NCBI RefSeq assembly: GCF_009914755.1
Contig: NC_060929.1
Reading direction: 5' to 3' (one strand)
Source: the human T2T-CHM13v2.0 reference genome, Homo sapiens
Length of the DNA: 64,000 nucleotides
Part shown: positions 23,730-38,063 of the stretch, one piece after another
Layout: the number at the start of each line of letters is the position of its first letter
Numbering within the stretch: the stretch's first letter is position 1
Translations under genes and position numbers: made by a program
Notes under the pieces: generated by a model
What the model was told of the DNA's origin: nothing
The model's input: only the letters and a program-made list of their open reading frames with translations
Databases searched by the model: none

Positions 23730-24828
23730 GCTTCCTAGACATTGTTCGCTAGCCTCTCCATCTTCTGTCTGGAGGCTGTAGCCTCCTACTTATCCTTTGT
23801 GCTTCTAATTTTGTTCCACCTCTCCCCATTCTCTCTTCTTAAGCAAGCAGTTACTTTTTTTTTTTTTTTTTTTTAAACACAGGGCCTCGCTTAGTCACCC
23901 AGGCTGGAGTGAGTGCAGTGGTGCAATCATGGCTCACTGCACCCTCTAGCTCCTGGACTCCGGTGATTCTCCCACCTCAGCCTCCCAAGTAGCTGGGACT
24001 ACAGGCTTGTGCCCACACATCCGGCTCTTTTTTTTTCTTTTCTTTTTTTTGCTAGAGATGGGATCTCACTATGTTGCCCACAATGGTCTTGAACCCCTGG
24101 CCTTAAGCAGTCCTCCTGCCCAACCTCCCAAAGTGTTGAGATGTCAGGCATGAGCCATTGTACCTGCCCAACAATACTTACTTTTTAAGATAAACATAAT
24201 ACTGTGCCATTCCTCTGCTCAGACACATCCGATGATTTCCCTCACCATTAGAAAAATATTTGCCATCCTCACTTTGTCCTGGACTGAGAGTTCCTTGATG
24301 TAGCCTGACTACCTCACTAGCATTGTATCCCACCATTCTTCTTACTGGGCTCAGCCACTCTGATTTCCTTTCCTGAGCATTTCAAACAGAATTCCATATC
24401 AGGCACTTTGCACTTGCTCTTCCTTCTGTGTGAAATGTTCTTACTCTATATATTTTCAAGATTCATTTCTCTTCTTAACTCAGACTTTGATTAAAATGAA
24501 ACAACCACTTGAGAAATTCTTTCCTTAGTCAACTTTATCCAAAACTTCCCCTTGCCACTCACTCTCTGTCCTTTTAATCTGAGTTACTTTTCTTTAAAAC
24601 ATTTACCACTACTTAATCCATTTGTTCAGTTATTCATTTTGAAGCAACAAAAACTACCTGCAATAGTTACAAGTGGGTTACCTTTGCTCAGTGTGTGCCC
24701 GAAAACTTGGAGATCTTGGGTTATACCACTAGAAAGTCAGCTCCATGAAGATCATGATTTTGTGTGTGTGTGTTTTCACTAGTTTCGTGCTTGGTATATG
24801 GTAGTTGAGAAAATATTCATGGGAAAGA
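23730..24828 (+). mobile_element. L2 3' region interrupted by an Alu
   Basis: CCATTCCTCTGCTCAGAC, CACTTTGCACTTGCTCTTCCTTCTG, CACTAGAAAGTCAGCTCCATGAAG, GTGCTTGGTATATGGTAG. Confidence 0.75.
23855..24169 (-). mobile_element. AluJ-type SINE
   Basis: Diverged antisense dimer with T tail. Confidence 0.92.
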
Positions 24829-24829
24829 A

Positions 24830-25070
24830 CAGGGTTTCTCAATCTTCATAGTATTGATACTTTGGGCTTTATCCATCTTTACAGTATAGATACTTTTAGG
24901 TACTTAATTTACCTAAAAAATGATAATTTTTTGGGTAGAGGTGGGGAAATGTCCTGTGCATTGTAGGATATTTAGTAGCATCCCTAGGTGTCAATAGACC
25001 CTTCACTCATTACAAACAAAAATATCTCTTGACATTGCCAAATATTTGCTGGGGAAGAAAATCACTCCTT
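24830..25070 (+). mobile_element. MER20 hAT-Charlie MITE
   Basis: CAGGGTTTCTCAATCT...TGTCCTGTGCATTGTAGGATATTTAGTAGCATCCCT...GACATTGCCAAAT. Confidence 0.8.
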
Positions 25071-26104
25071 AGATGATAAAGACTGAAGCAGAAGAATAAA
25101 TTGGGGACATGCAGTTCTCCTGGTGCTGCTGATATGGCTGTTGCTCTATGGCCACAGTGACGTTTCTACTAATTCTGTGACATTTTCTCCCCAGTATCAT
25201 CTTTTCTCTGGAGCAGTAACAGCCAACTATGTTGTAATGAAATTGTTCAAACCTAAGCGAAAGCACTGGTTTGATATTTTCATAGTAGATGTTAAAAAAA
25301 AAACTGTCAAGATCTCTCCTCAAATTTTAACCATTTACTTAAGAAAATCCCAGCATGACTATTAATTTTATCCAAAATTTTTAGAGGTTTAACCCATTTC
25401 CACCCCTTGAACACTGTGGACTTTCGGATGTTGGCATGAAAACCTGCTGACTTGGATATTAATGGCTTACTTTACCTCAGAGACGCCGTCGTCTAAATTC
25501 TATTCATTTTCTCCTCCCTCCATGTCTGAAGTTCCAGGATCTTCCTTGTCATGGAAGAACCAATTTCTCTCACAGCTAACTTCCTTTTGGTTCCTTGACT
25601 TTGTCTCATGCTGGTCCAGTTGCTCCCTGTGCCTTTTGCTGACATAGCAGGAAAAGGTTGTGTCTAGAACGTGCTTATGGTTGACAGAGATGACTCTGCT
25701 GAGTTATGCAGAGATGCTGAACTCTCTCCTATGCTTGAGCTCCTTCTCCATTATTGGAGAGAGAAGAGTATTTGAGGATAATTAGAATTAGTCATGACTT
25801 TAGCTTTCCAACAACGAATACCCTCATACTGCAACCTACAAAAACCACACAAGGAAGCAAACAGTAAAACCAAAACAAAATAAAAACAGTTCTACTACAG
25901 GTGTGCATTATTCAACTTTCACATATTGTTCAACCTCCAAACAAATACATGAAAAAAATTATAAAGCATATAGAGAAGTATGAACTGTGTCTGTTTCCTT
26001 TGTTTGCTTTCTGGAATAGGTGTATGGTAGGCATTGTTTATTCTTTTTACTTCTATTTCAATTTTTTCATTCTTGTTACTTTTAACTTTTATTTATGTAT
26101 TTCT

Positions 26105-28137
26105 TTATTTAATGTTTTTAAAAAAATTTTTTTAAAACTTTTAGTTTCAGGGGTACATGTGCATGTTGGTTCTACAGGTGAGTTGTGTGTCATGGGGGTT
26201 TGGCGTACATATAATTTTGTCACCCAGGTGTAATAATAAGCATAATATCCAATAGGTAGTTTTTTTTAACCCTCACCCTTCTCTCACCCTCCACCCTCAA
26301 GTAGGCCCCAGTGTCTTGCCATTACTGTCTTTGTGTCCCTGTGTACTCAATGTTAACACTCACTTATAAGTGAAAACATGTGATATTTGGTTTGCTGTTC
26401 CTGTGTTAATTCACTTAGGAAAATAGCCTCCAGCTCCATCCATGTAGCTGCAAAGGATATTATCTCATTTTTTTATAGCTATATTGTAAGTATTCCGTGG
26501 TGTATATGTACCACATTTCCTTTATCCAGTTTACTGTTGATGGGCATTTTGGTTGATTCCATGTCTTTGCTATTGTGAATAGTCCTGTGATGAACATATG
26601 CATGCATGTGTCTTTTTTTTTTTTTTTTTTTTTTTTTGAAACGGAGTCTTGCTCTGTCGCCCAGGCTGGAGTGCAGTGGTGCAATTTTGGCTCAATGCAA
26701 GCTCTGCCTCCTGGGTTCACGCCATTCTCCTGCCTCAGCCTTCCAAGTAGCCAGGACTACAGGCGCCTGCCATCACGCCCAGCTAATTTTTTGTATTTTT
26801 AGTAGAGATGGGGTTTCACCATGTTAGCAAGGATGGTCTCGATCTCCTGACCTCATGATCCGCCTGTCTCAGCCTCCCAAAATGCTGGGATTACAGGCAT
26901 GAGCCATTGCGCCTGGCCACATGTGTCTTTATGGTAGAACAATTTATTTTCATTGGGGTATATAGCAAATAATGAGATTGCTGGGTCAAATGGTGGTTTT
27001 AAGTTTTTTGAGAAATCACCAAACTGCTTTTTACAGTGGCTAAACTAATTTACATTCCTACCAGCAGAGTATGTGTTCCTTTTTCTCTGTAGCATCACCA
27101 GCATCTGTTATTTGTTGACTTTTTAATAATAGTCATTCTGACTGGTATTAGATCATTGTGGTTTTGATATGCATTTCTCTAATGACTATTGATGTTGAGC
27201 ATTTTTTCATATGCCCTTGATTGTATATAAATCTTTTGAGAATTGTCTGTTCATGTCTTTTGTCCAGTTTTTAATGGGGTTGTTTGTTTTGTGCTTGTTA
27301 ATTTGTTTAAGTTCCTTATAGATTCTGGATATTAGGCATTTCTCAGATGCATAGTTTGAAATAGTTTCTCCCATTCTGTGTGTTGTCTCTTTACTCTGTT
27401 GATAGTCATTTGTTGTGCAGAAGCTCTTTAGTTTAATTAGGTCCTATTTGTCAATTTTTGTTTTTGTTACAATTACTTTTGGCATCTTTGTCATAAAATC
27501 TTTGCTAGGGCCTATGTGTAGAATGGTATTTCCTCGGTTTTCTTCAAGAGTTTTTATAGTTTTAGGTTTTGCATTTAAGTCTTTAATCCATTGTGAGTAG
27601 ATTTTTGTATATGGTATAAGGAAGAGGTCCAGTTTTAATCTTCTGCATATGGTTAGCCAGCTATCCTAGCATCATTGATTGAATGGGGAGTCCTTTCTCT
27701 ATTGCTTGTTTTTGTCAACTTTGTTGAAGATCATATGGTTGTAGGTGTGTGGCTTTATTTCTGGGTGTTCTATGTGACTGTTTTTGTACAAATACCATGT
27801 TGCTTTTGTTACTGTAGCCTTGTAGTATAGTTTGAAGTCAGGTAACATGATGCCTCCAGCTTTGTTTCTTTTAATTAGGATTGCTTTGGCTATTTGGGCT
27901 CTTTTTTGGTTCCATTTGAACTTCAGAATCATTTATTCTAATTCTACAAGGAATGTTATTGGTAGTTTGACAGGAATAGCATTAAATCTGTAAACTGTTT
28001 TAGGCAGTATGGCGATTTTAACAAGATTGATTCTTCCCATCCATGAGCATAGAATGTTTTTCTATTTATTTTTGTCATCTCTGATTTCTTTGGGCAGTGT
28101 AATCCTTGTTGTAGAGACCTTTTACCTCTCTGGTTAG
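26105..28137 (-). mobile_element. 5'-truncated L1PA (old primate, L1PA13-16-like): ORF2 3' end plus 3'UTR
   Basis: Antisense 3'UTR (GGGTACATGTGCATGTTGG, CCCTCCACCCTCAAGTAGGCCCC); ORF 27699-27932 is ORF2-like ([17 protein letters not shown]). Confidence 0.92.
26616..26918 (-). mobile_element. AluY/Sc-type SINE inside L1PA
   Basis: Full dimer with GCAAGCTC and GCCATTCTCC diagnostics; TSD CATGTGTCTTT at 26605-26615 and 26920-26930. Confidence 0.95.
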
Positions 28138-28897
28138 TGTTTTGTAAACAACTTGGAATGTGTGAGGTATGAAAAGGAGTGTTTATAATTATATCTTGAT
28201 TTTATTTCTATGAATTAAGGAATCAAGGGTCTTTGTAAAACATCTTTTGATAGTTTATTGAGATAAAATTTAAATACATTACTGCATATATTTAAATATA
28301 CAATTGGTCTACCTGTAAAACCATCATCACAATCAAGATAGTAAACAGACCCATCACCCCCAAAAGTTTTCTTATGCCCTCTGTTATCTCTCTTTCTTAT
28401 CGCTCCCCATCTCTTTCCTAGGCAACTCCCTGATCTGCATTCTGATAATAAAATTTAATTTGTATTAAATATTTATATAAATTGAATCATGCAGCATGTA
28501 TTCTTTTTAGTCTGTTTGCTATCATTCAGCATAATTATTTTGATACACACCCATGTGTTGCATTTATTAATAGTTCATTATATTTTATTTTTCTGTTGTA
28601 GTAATTTGTACGGATATACCACAATTTGTAGATGTTGGTAAATGTTAGATTGTTTCCAGTTTTTAGCTGTTACAAATAAAGCTTCCATAAACATTTATTT
28701 TCTTGTCTTTGTGTGAACATATGTTTTCATTTCTGCTCCTCAAATATCTAGAAATGAAATGTCTAGGTGTATGTTGGTGTATGTTTAACTCTTTATGACA
28801 TTAACAAACTTTTTAAAATGTGGTTGTACCATTTTACATTCCCACCATCAGTGGTGAATTAAAGTTACAGTTCTGTTTCCTTGCTAACACAAGGTAA

Positions 28898-29212
<315 letters not shown>

Positions 29213-29786
29213 AGATCAGTCTTTTTAACTTTAGCCAATCTGGTAGATGTGTAGTAGTCTCTCAATGTGATTTTAATATGCATTTCCCTGATGATAAATT
29301 ATGTTTACCATTTTTAATGTGGTTATTCGGTAATCAGAAAATCTACCTCACAAAAATGCTTATGTAAATGTTTTGCCCATTTTCATTTGGTTCATTTTTT
29401 AAATTTAGTTTGGGAAGTTCTTTTTACATTCTAGATACAAGGCCTTCATCAGATATGTAATTTGCAAGAATTTTCTTTAGGTCGTGGTTTTCCTTTTATT
29501 TCTTTTATTCAGTTAACAGATTTTTATTTTTCCTTTAAAAGAGAAGAATTAATTGTTATAAGGTCCAAATTATCATTTGTTTTTCTTTTATGGTCAGTGT
29601 TTAGTGTCATAGCTAAGAAATTTTTGCTTAATGCAAGATCACACACATTTTCATGTGACTTTTATTTGGCTTATAGTATTGTAAGTATTATAATTTACAT
29701 TTATGTTTATGAAAATTTTGAGATAAGTTTTGTGTATGATGTAAGGTATGGATCCAAGGTTTTTTTTTTTCTTAGTGTGTGTACAT

Positions 29787-30437
29787 GGTGGTAAAAAATT
29801 TTGTCTGGCCCAAAGAGAGGTCTGATCTCTGCCCTTGGCTTGTAGGAGGTATAACTGACAGGATTGTTTTCAGGGTGAGGAGTGGCCATGTTAGATGTTA
29901 GGATGGAGGAGGTCACACTTGTTTAGTTTTAGAGTTGGGAATGGTCATGTCAGAAAGACCAACAATGTGACTTAAGATTGGGGGCTTTTGGTTATGTGGT
30001 GTCAGTAGACCCGGAAACTTTGTTCAAACACAAGGGAAATCAGTCAATCAATCATGCATATATAATAAAGCCCCAATAAAAAAAACTCCTCCCTGAAGCT
30101 TGGGCAAGCCTTTTTGGTTGACAGTTCTCTGTGTGCATTATCCTGTGTTGATGACAGTAGAGTGACATGTCTGGACTCTGTGGGAAAGGACAACAGCAGC
30201 TACTGGAGTCCACCTTGTACACATATTTCTTTGGCTGAAATTTTTCTATATCCTTTCCCTGTATTGAATAATAACTGTGAGTATAATAGCTCTCAGTGAG
30301 TCCTGTGAGTCCTTCTAATGCTATCAAACTTGAGGGTGGTGTGGGGAACTCCTTTGACTTTGTGATCAGTGTCAAAAGTGGCAGGAGTCTTGAGAACTGT
30401 GCCCTTTAACTTTGTACTTGGCTCTAAGCTCCTTGCA
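29787..30437 (+). mobile_element. ERVL LTR, MER21C-like
   Basis: CAGAAAGACCAAC, CAATCAATCATGC, GTGAGTATAATAGCTCTCAGTGAGTCCTGTGAGTCCTTCTA; inserted into the L1. Confidence 0.75.
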
Positions 30438-31864
30438 GTATGGATATCCAATTGCCCCAATACCAATTATTGAAAAGACAATCTTTGTAACTTTGTCAAA
30501 AATTAGTAATCCATAAACATGTGAATCTATTTCTGGACTGTATATTCTGTTCCATTTATCTATGTCTCTATCTTCATCAATACCAGATTGTCTTGATTGC
30601 TGTAGCTTTATAACAAATCTTGAAATCAGGTAATGTTCATCCTCCAGTTTTGTTCATATTTTAGAAACTTCTTTTGAATATTCTAGATACATCCTATTTC
30701 CCTATAAATCATCAGTTTGTACAAAAAGCCTGATGACATTTTGATTGCATTGAATCTAAAGATAAATTTGAGAGATCCATGAACACTAAATATCTCTTCA
30801 TTTATCTGGATTTTCTTCAGTTTTTCAGTGCATTTTATGGTTTAAAGTGTACAGGTCTTGCACATCTTTTGTCATATTTATTCCTAAGTGTTTTATATTT
30901 TTGATGCTATGGAGGGGTATTTTTTAAAATTTTAATTTATGATTGTTGTTTGATAGTAGAAATCCAATTGGTGTCTTTTGTATATCGATCTTGTATTTTG
31001 AAAGCTTTGTAAATGCACCTGTTAGTTCTACTAGCTTTTTAATATATCCTATCAGATTTTATACACAGGTCCTAATGTCACTTTTGAATAAAAATAATTA
31101 ATTCTTCCTCACCAATTTTGAGGTCTTTTCTTTATACCTTGCCTATTTTTACTGGCTAGAACTCCTACTACAGTACTAAATAGACTCAAAGAGTTGTTCT
31201 GATCTTAAGGGGAAGCTATTTAATATTTGTCATGAAGTATGATGTAAACTACACTTTTTTCAAAAATACTCTTTGTCAAATTGGCTTTTCTTTCTATTCT
31301 TAATTTGCTGAAAGTTTCTAGTCAGGAATATATGTTGGATTTGAGTAATCTTTAGCACATTATGATTATATATGACATTTCTTTTTCAGTTTAGTTAATG
31401 TGGTGAATTACGTTGTTTGATTTTTGAATATTAAACTAACCTTGCATTCCTGTAATAAATACCACTTGGTCATGATAAATTATCTTACATATTGCAAATT
31501 TGATTATTTAAAATGTTTATAATTTTTCATCTATCTTCATGAGGAGTATTAGTATATAGTGATTTTTTCTTATGTCGTTGGTTTTGGTATCAGAGTAATG
31601 CTAGCTTCATGAAATGCATTAAAAAGTTGCTTCTCATGTTCAAGTTTCTGAAGGAGTTTATGTAAATTTAATATTACTTTTTATTAGATATTTGGTAGAT
31701 TTTATCAGTGATACCTTGTAGGGCTGGAATGACCTTTGTGTGAAGGTTTCAACTATAAATGCAAACACAAAAGTATTGTTATAGTGACATTTAGCTTGTC
31801 TATTTCTTCTTGCATGAATTTGATACTTTGGCTATTTCAAGGAATATATTCATTTTATCTATTA

Positions 31865-32130
31865 TCAGGCGTTAGAAAACTATAACTCAGAAGCCAAATT
31901 GATCATGTAGCCGTGCCAACTAAGCACATATACATATATATGTATATGTATATATCTACACACACAAATATATAAAATATACATACACACATATGTGTGT
32001 GTGTGTCTGTTTTTACATTTTTAGAGAATTGGAAAATAACAAAGAAAAATAGGAGACAAAGACTGCATATAGAGTACAAACTTTGAACATTCATTGTCAG
32101 CCTTGATCCTTAAAGTGTTTACTGATCCTT
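31865..32130. mobile_element. MER58-family hAT fragment with internal (TA/CA)n
   Basis: CAGGCGTTAGAAAACTAT...AAAGTGTTTACTGATCCTTG terminal-repeat-like ends interrupt the L1. Confidence 0.45.
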
Positions 32131-33729
32131 GATCTAAATTGGTAAATTTATTGGCATTGAGATAGTAATAATCCCTTATTATTTTAATATCTATAGATGT
32201 GTAGTGAGGCTATTTTTCATATTGCTGATATTGGTCATTAACATCATTTTTCTTTTTTCACTGATTATTCTGGCTGGAAGTTTATAAATTTTGTTGATCT
32301 TAAAAAAAACAACTTTTAGTTTGAGTAACTTTTGTGTATTTGTTTCTGATTTCTATTTTATTGTTTTCTGCTCTGATCTTTATTATTTTATTTTTCTTTA
32401 GAGTTTTAATTTGTTCTTTTTTGTTTTTGTTTTTATTTTTTTAATTAGAAGGCAAGATCACTTATTTAAGACCTTTCTTCTGTAATACAGGTGGTTAATC
32501 CTATTAATTATCCCTCTAAGAACTGCTTCTAGATGCATTCCTCAAATTTTAATATGCTCTGCTTTTATTTTCTTTCAATTGAAATTATTTTCTAAAGTTA
32601 CATTGACTGTTTCTTTGACTCATGAATTATATAAAGGTTTATTATTTAGTTTTGACATATTTGGGGATTTTCCAGATCCTTCTTTATTATTAATTTCTCA
32701 TTTAATTTGATAGTGGTCAGATAATATACTTTGTATGACCGGACTCCTTTTAAATTTATTACCCGCTACTGAGGCAAGACTCTTCTTATATTCCGCTCAA
32801 TGTTTCATTAATTATGAGATTTTCCAATCTGACTGGAAAGCACTGGCACTATTCCCAGCCTGTGAGATCTCCAGAGTTCTCTCCCTGTGCAGTTCCCATA
32901 TTCTGCCTTATGAACTCTAGCTGCTTGGTCTCCCAGAATTATCTGCTCCATCTCTTGGACTTAGGGAGACTTCCATGTTTCAGTTGCATTGCCCCTCTCT
33001 GTGTCACGTACTGAGAACTCTGCGTAGTGAGCCTGCACAGATCTTGGACTTACATTTGCTTTCTTTTCCTTAGGGATCCCAGTCCTCTGTTGCCTGCTGT
33101 CCATTATCTTCAGAACAATTTCTAAATATATTTTGTCTAGTGTTTTTGTTTTGTTTTCAGTAGAGAGTAAATCCAGTCCATGTTACTCTCTTTTGGCTGG
33201 AAGACATCAAAATTTCTTCACAAACATGAAAAGTGTGTCAGATTTAACTACTTGTCATTCTGACTCCAAATTAATGAATACTAGATCCCAATTGTCCTTT
33301 GAATGAATCAAATTTCTCATTCATTTTTTCCTAGACTTTTCTATCCAATCTTATGAATCTAAATTTTTCTTTAGGGTTTATGTAATTCCCTATACCTCTG
33401 GCAAAACCTCCCATGACTTGACCTATCAATAGGTATGTAGAAATGATATGCTAATTTTGTGTGAAATTACAGTAGATATCTATGGGACAGGCTACTTCAC
33501 CATTTTTCTTCTCGAAAATCACCCCTCTATTTACAAGGCCGTAGCTCTATTTTATAAGATCCTATCCTTAGTGTGCATAGTTGACTGAACCAAAGTTACA
33601 TGACTCAAAATTAGCTAAATTAATTATATTGCAGAAACTTGGAATTGGAATTTAATATTAGTTAATTATTTTTATTTTATTATGGGTTGACTATAGAATG
33701 GCAGGTGGAAAAAATGGTGAGACTTTGAG

Positions 33730-33962
33730 TGTAGAAAGAGAAAGATGAGAGAGAGAGGAGAAGATGGAAGAAGAAAAGAGAAGAAAAAGACCAGGAGGAG
33801 GAAGAAGAAGAAGAGAAAGGGAAGAGGAATCAGAGGAGAAGAAAGAGTAGAAAGAAAAAAATAGAAGCAAAAAAAGAGAAGAAGTGAGAGAATAAAGTTG
33901 AGTAGAATAGATCAGAAGACAAGGAAAAAAGGAAAGAAAGGAGAATACAAAGAGAAGAAATA
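33730..33962. repeat. GA-rich polypurine low-complexity tract
   Basis: About 230 bp almost entirely A/G. Confidence 0.9.
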
Positions 33963-34119
33963 AGCAGCTACACAGGGTCAGAGTTGAGGGTTTTGAAGAG
34001 TTTCTTGCTTTTGGCTGTGTGACTGTGCCTGGCTTCCGTGAAACATCCTGCAACTCATATAAAATATCTTGCTCTCTTGCTTAAAGTGAATCCCATTATC
34101 TATAGTCAAAGAATGTTAC

Positions 34120-34668
34120 CTAATGTAGAGATGTAAATTAATTCTTGAAACGTGGTCACTAAATTCAGGAAAGTCATTATCTACAAAGGTAAACAAATGC
34201 TTGGTGCCAAAATATAGATTGTATATAGGCTATTGGAGTTAGAGCAGAAGATCATTGAAATCTGAAGTAGCTGAAAAGATTTGGAAGGTAATATGATCCT
34301 TAAAATTCAAGAAACATTTCCCTATTTGGAGAGGAACAAAATGTTCATTTTAGGAATGGGAACTATCATGAACAGAGGCATGGAGGTAAAACAGAGCAAG
34401 GAAAGGAAGAAGCACTGTTTAACTGGAACATATATATGTGCACTGTGAGAGATGAATTTGTATATTTTGTGTGGTATGAAGAAAGGCTTTAGAATCCAGC
34501 ATTAGATTTGATGCAGTAGACATTGTTGGGGGTGGTGTATTTCTTTCTCTGCATGTTTTAAAACAGGTAATGGCATGATGAAGCATACTTCTAGGGAGAT
34601 TAGTCCAGTAAGACAGTACAGGATTGATTAAAAACCCAGAGCCTAGGTGGAAGAGATGGATTAAGAGG
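34120..34668 (-). mobile_element. L2 relic
   Basis: Purine-rich antisense L2 text (GAACAGAGGCATGGAGGT, TTTTAAAACAGGTAATGGCATGATG). Confidence 0.55.
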
Positions 34669-34669
34669 C

Positions 34670-35200
34670 TGCATCAATTAAGAGACTTTCGCTTTAGGTC
34701 ACAGAAAAACCTAACTCCTACTGGCTTACAGAGAGAGGGAGAAGGGGCAGGAAAGGAATTGAATTTAAATATATCAGAATGCATAACTAAAACATCCATG
34801 GATAGAGCTGAATTCAGAAAATGACAGCATTTGGGGCTGAACTAACGTCATTAGAGCTAAGTTTTCTCTGGCATCTGTCTCATCTTGTGCTGGCCTAAAT
34901 CCACATCTCCACATCATCACCTGTTAGTTCGACACGCTCTTACCTGGGTGAAATGATGCCTACAGAACTCCAGCATCAATTTGCCCAAGTTTAATGTCCA
35001 GCAGGAAAGAACAAGCACCTTTCTAGACTCATCTCTCAGTCCTAGCTATTGTTCTGCCTGGCCAGCGTAGAGCACAGGCTTATCCCAGAATAAGCCTTCT
35101 GGTCAGGAGGATACAATGCTTTGTACATTGTATGGAATACAACGCATTTGTCACATCCAAGCCATGTATTTGTCAACATGGCATAGAAAGGTGGGATATT
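34670..35200 (-). mobile_element. MaLR LTR (MLT1K/J-like)
   Basis: TGCATCAATTAAGAGACT...CACAGAAAAACCTAACTC...CTGGCTTA, then GCATAACTAAAACATCCATGG. Confidence 0.55.
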
Positions 35201-36762
35201 CAACTTCGATTTATTGCTCAATGCTAGTCAGTTTATCCTACAGTCACTTTTCATAATTTCAGTGTTTTATAATAAGGGAAGCAACACCATTTGTAAGATG
35301 AAAATATGTAATCGAGTTTTCAGTTCCAATAATAAATTTAAAAGCCACAATTTTAGATTACGGATTTTTGGTATAGTTTTATTGTATTAAGTATTCCAGA
35401 ACACAAACACACTGCATATGACAAATGTCTTCTCATGGCGAACTTTTACAACATGCGTAACCCCTTGAAGTCAGGAATCTATAATAGAAATACTGATGCT
35501 ACCTTAACTCTTCTAAAGTGAACTGTGCTGCTGTGATAAGAGGAAAATGTATGTTTGCCTTTGGAAGACTCATCATCTTTCCAAATAATGATTAGTAGGT
35601 GGCAGGACAATATAACACCGAATCTTATGCAAAGATAGCCTGGATTTGAAATATGAATCTTTTGCCAGTGCAAGAGATGAAGGTGACAGTTGTAATCTCT
35701 TCAGATTCATAACTTACTAAGTTGTAGGCAGGTTAGCAGTGATTGATCACCCTCAGGCGGGTTGTTAGTGATTTAAAAATCATTTCATTGCATTACACAA
35801 ATATGAAATTTAAAAGTGTTAAACTGTTTTTATCTCTAAGCAAATCTTGGGAACAGGCTTACATCTGGAAACTAAATGTATATGAGGGCATGCTCATTGC
35901 GATATATACCTCTCATGTAGCTTATCATTTTCCACAGTGGATATTACAGAGGGGATTGTTTTCAGTATGAAAAGTTTTCTGTTATTTTGAGGATACCCAA
36001 CATTAGCTACAGAATGAAGTACAGCAAAGAATTATAGGTTTTCCTATGAAATAGTGACATGAAATTTGTCACTGCCTTTATAGTCAACAAAGAACATTTT
36101 GAGATGAAATTATTCAGGGTATAGTAGCAGAGGCAGAAAGGCTGAACTTACTCTCTTCAATGAAACTAAGATACCATTATGGCCTATTATAGCAAGGGGT
36201 GTTTTCCACTCAAAACCATCCAGGGAAGGCATAGGAAGACAGCTGAACAATGCAGATGAAGGAGTTCTCAATTCCAACTTTGTATAGGCTTCACCTTTTT
36301 ATCACCTAGAGACAGCATTATGAAATTGATGTAGCTTACGACACAACAGAAGCAGTGTCTCTGGAAATACCACGGATTATTTCCTTTTACCTCAGTTGCC
36401 ACTCTTTCTTCCCATATCTCTGATTCTCTTGCAACAGAAATTTTCCGGTGTTTTTGTGTAACGGATCAGGGTTGAATGGTCAGTTTAGCTTCTACCCCTT
36501 TGAAGGCTTACACGAGGGATGTTACTACTCACTGGAGATTCGCCTCCTTAAACTTCCAACCTTCTATATCCGCAGACTCTAGTAGGTCTGCAGAATGTGA
36601 ATCGAAACATGAGGTAAAGCTCAATGAGCTGTAGAAACTTACAAAGTGAATTATTCTCATGACATTTATCCATCCCACGGGAATCATGTGACCATGACCA
36701 TGTCTGGCTCAATAAAAGAAATATTTTCACAATGACTTGTGTGTTTCAAAAATACAGTTTTA

Positions 36763-36914
36763 AGGGTGTGGTGGCATACACCTGTAGTCCCAGCTGCTCA
36801 GGAGGCTGAGGCAGGAAGACAGCTTGAGGCCAGGAGTTGGAGGCTGCAGTGAGCTATGATTATAGCACTGTACTTCAGCCTAGGCAACAGAGTGAGACCC
36901 CATCTCTTTAACAA
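36763..36914 (+). mobile_element. Alu right monomer (FRAM/AluJ-like)
   Basis: GGGTGTGGTGGCATACACCTGTAGTCCCAGC...GTGAGACCCCATCTC. Confidence 0.88.
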
Positions 36915-36925
36915 ATGCTGTTTTT

Positions 36926-37296
<371 letters not shown>

Positions 37297-37948
37297 TTAA
37301 AGATAAAATTTTATAGGGGACACAACAAAGTAGAAGTCAGCAAAGAGCCAGTGTCTCCCCACCCACCCAGACTTTCATCAGCTGCAAAGAGGTTCATGAC
37401 AGACAACCATGGTCTGCAGGGCAGGCCTTCAGGTTAAGTTCCAGGGAAGGAAATATGACCCCTGTTGTTTTCTTTTCTATTAGGGCAAGCACTGGAAGCA
37501 CCTGGTCAGTGGGGGACAAATACATCATTTGCAGTGTCTGGCAGCCTGGAGTTAGATGCCCACTGATCCTATGAGGTGGCTGGGAAAGCTTTCATTTTTT
37601 TGTCTGCGGAGAGAGAAGCTACCAGCCTCTGGGTGGAAAGTTGTGAGAAAGTTCTGGTCCTGGTGAAGTGATTTTTCTGGCATCCTAGAGAGAGCATTTA
37701 AGGGCGTTTCAGAGCCATCTTTTTTTTTTGTCACTTCACAACAATGAATTCATTTCTCCCTACTATCATCCTCCCAATACAAGTTGTCCCTCATGTCCAT
37801 TTGACACTGTTGTGTAGGAGAAGATAGAAGGAAGTCCATATACGGTAATCTTATCTCATCTGTTAAAATTCTGCATAAGTCATGCCAGACACTTTGGCAC
37901 TGCCACGCTTAATTTAAAAATTCTTAAATTCTTAAATTAAGCGTGGCA

Positions 37949-38063
37949 GTGAACCCGGGAGGCGGAGCTCGCAGTGAGCGTCGATCGCGCCACTGCACTC
38001 CAGACTGGGTGACAGAGCGAGACTCCGTCCGTAAAAAAATAAAAAATTTAAAAAAATTAAAAA
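37949..38063 (+). mobile_element. 5'-truncated AluY fragment
   Basis: GTGAACCCGGGAGGCGGAGC...GAGCGAGACTCCGTC, CpG-rich; 17-bp TSD AAAAATTCTTAAATTCT at 37916-37932 and 38064-38080. Confidence 0.93.

Noticed and set aside
23550-23730. Stop-free minus-strand frame YYDHILFRPRES...GLIPHLRVP
   Set aside because: No polypyrimidine acceptor or start upstream (flank is antisense L2); length compatible with chance
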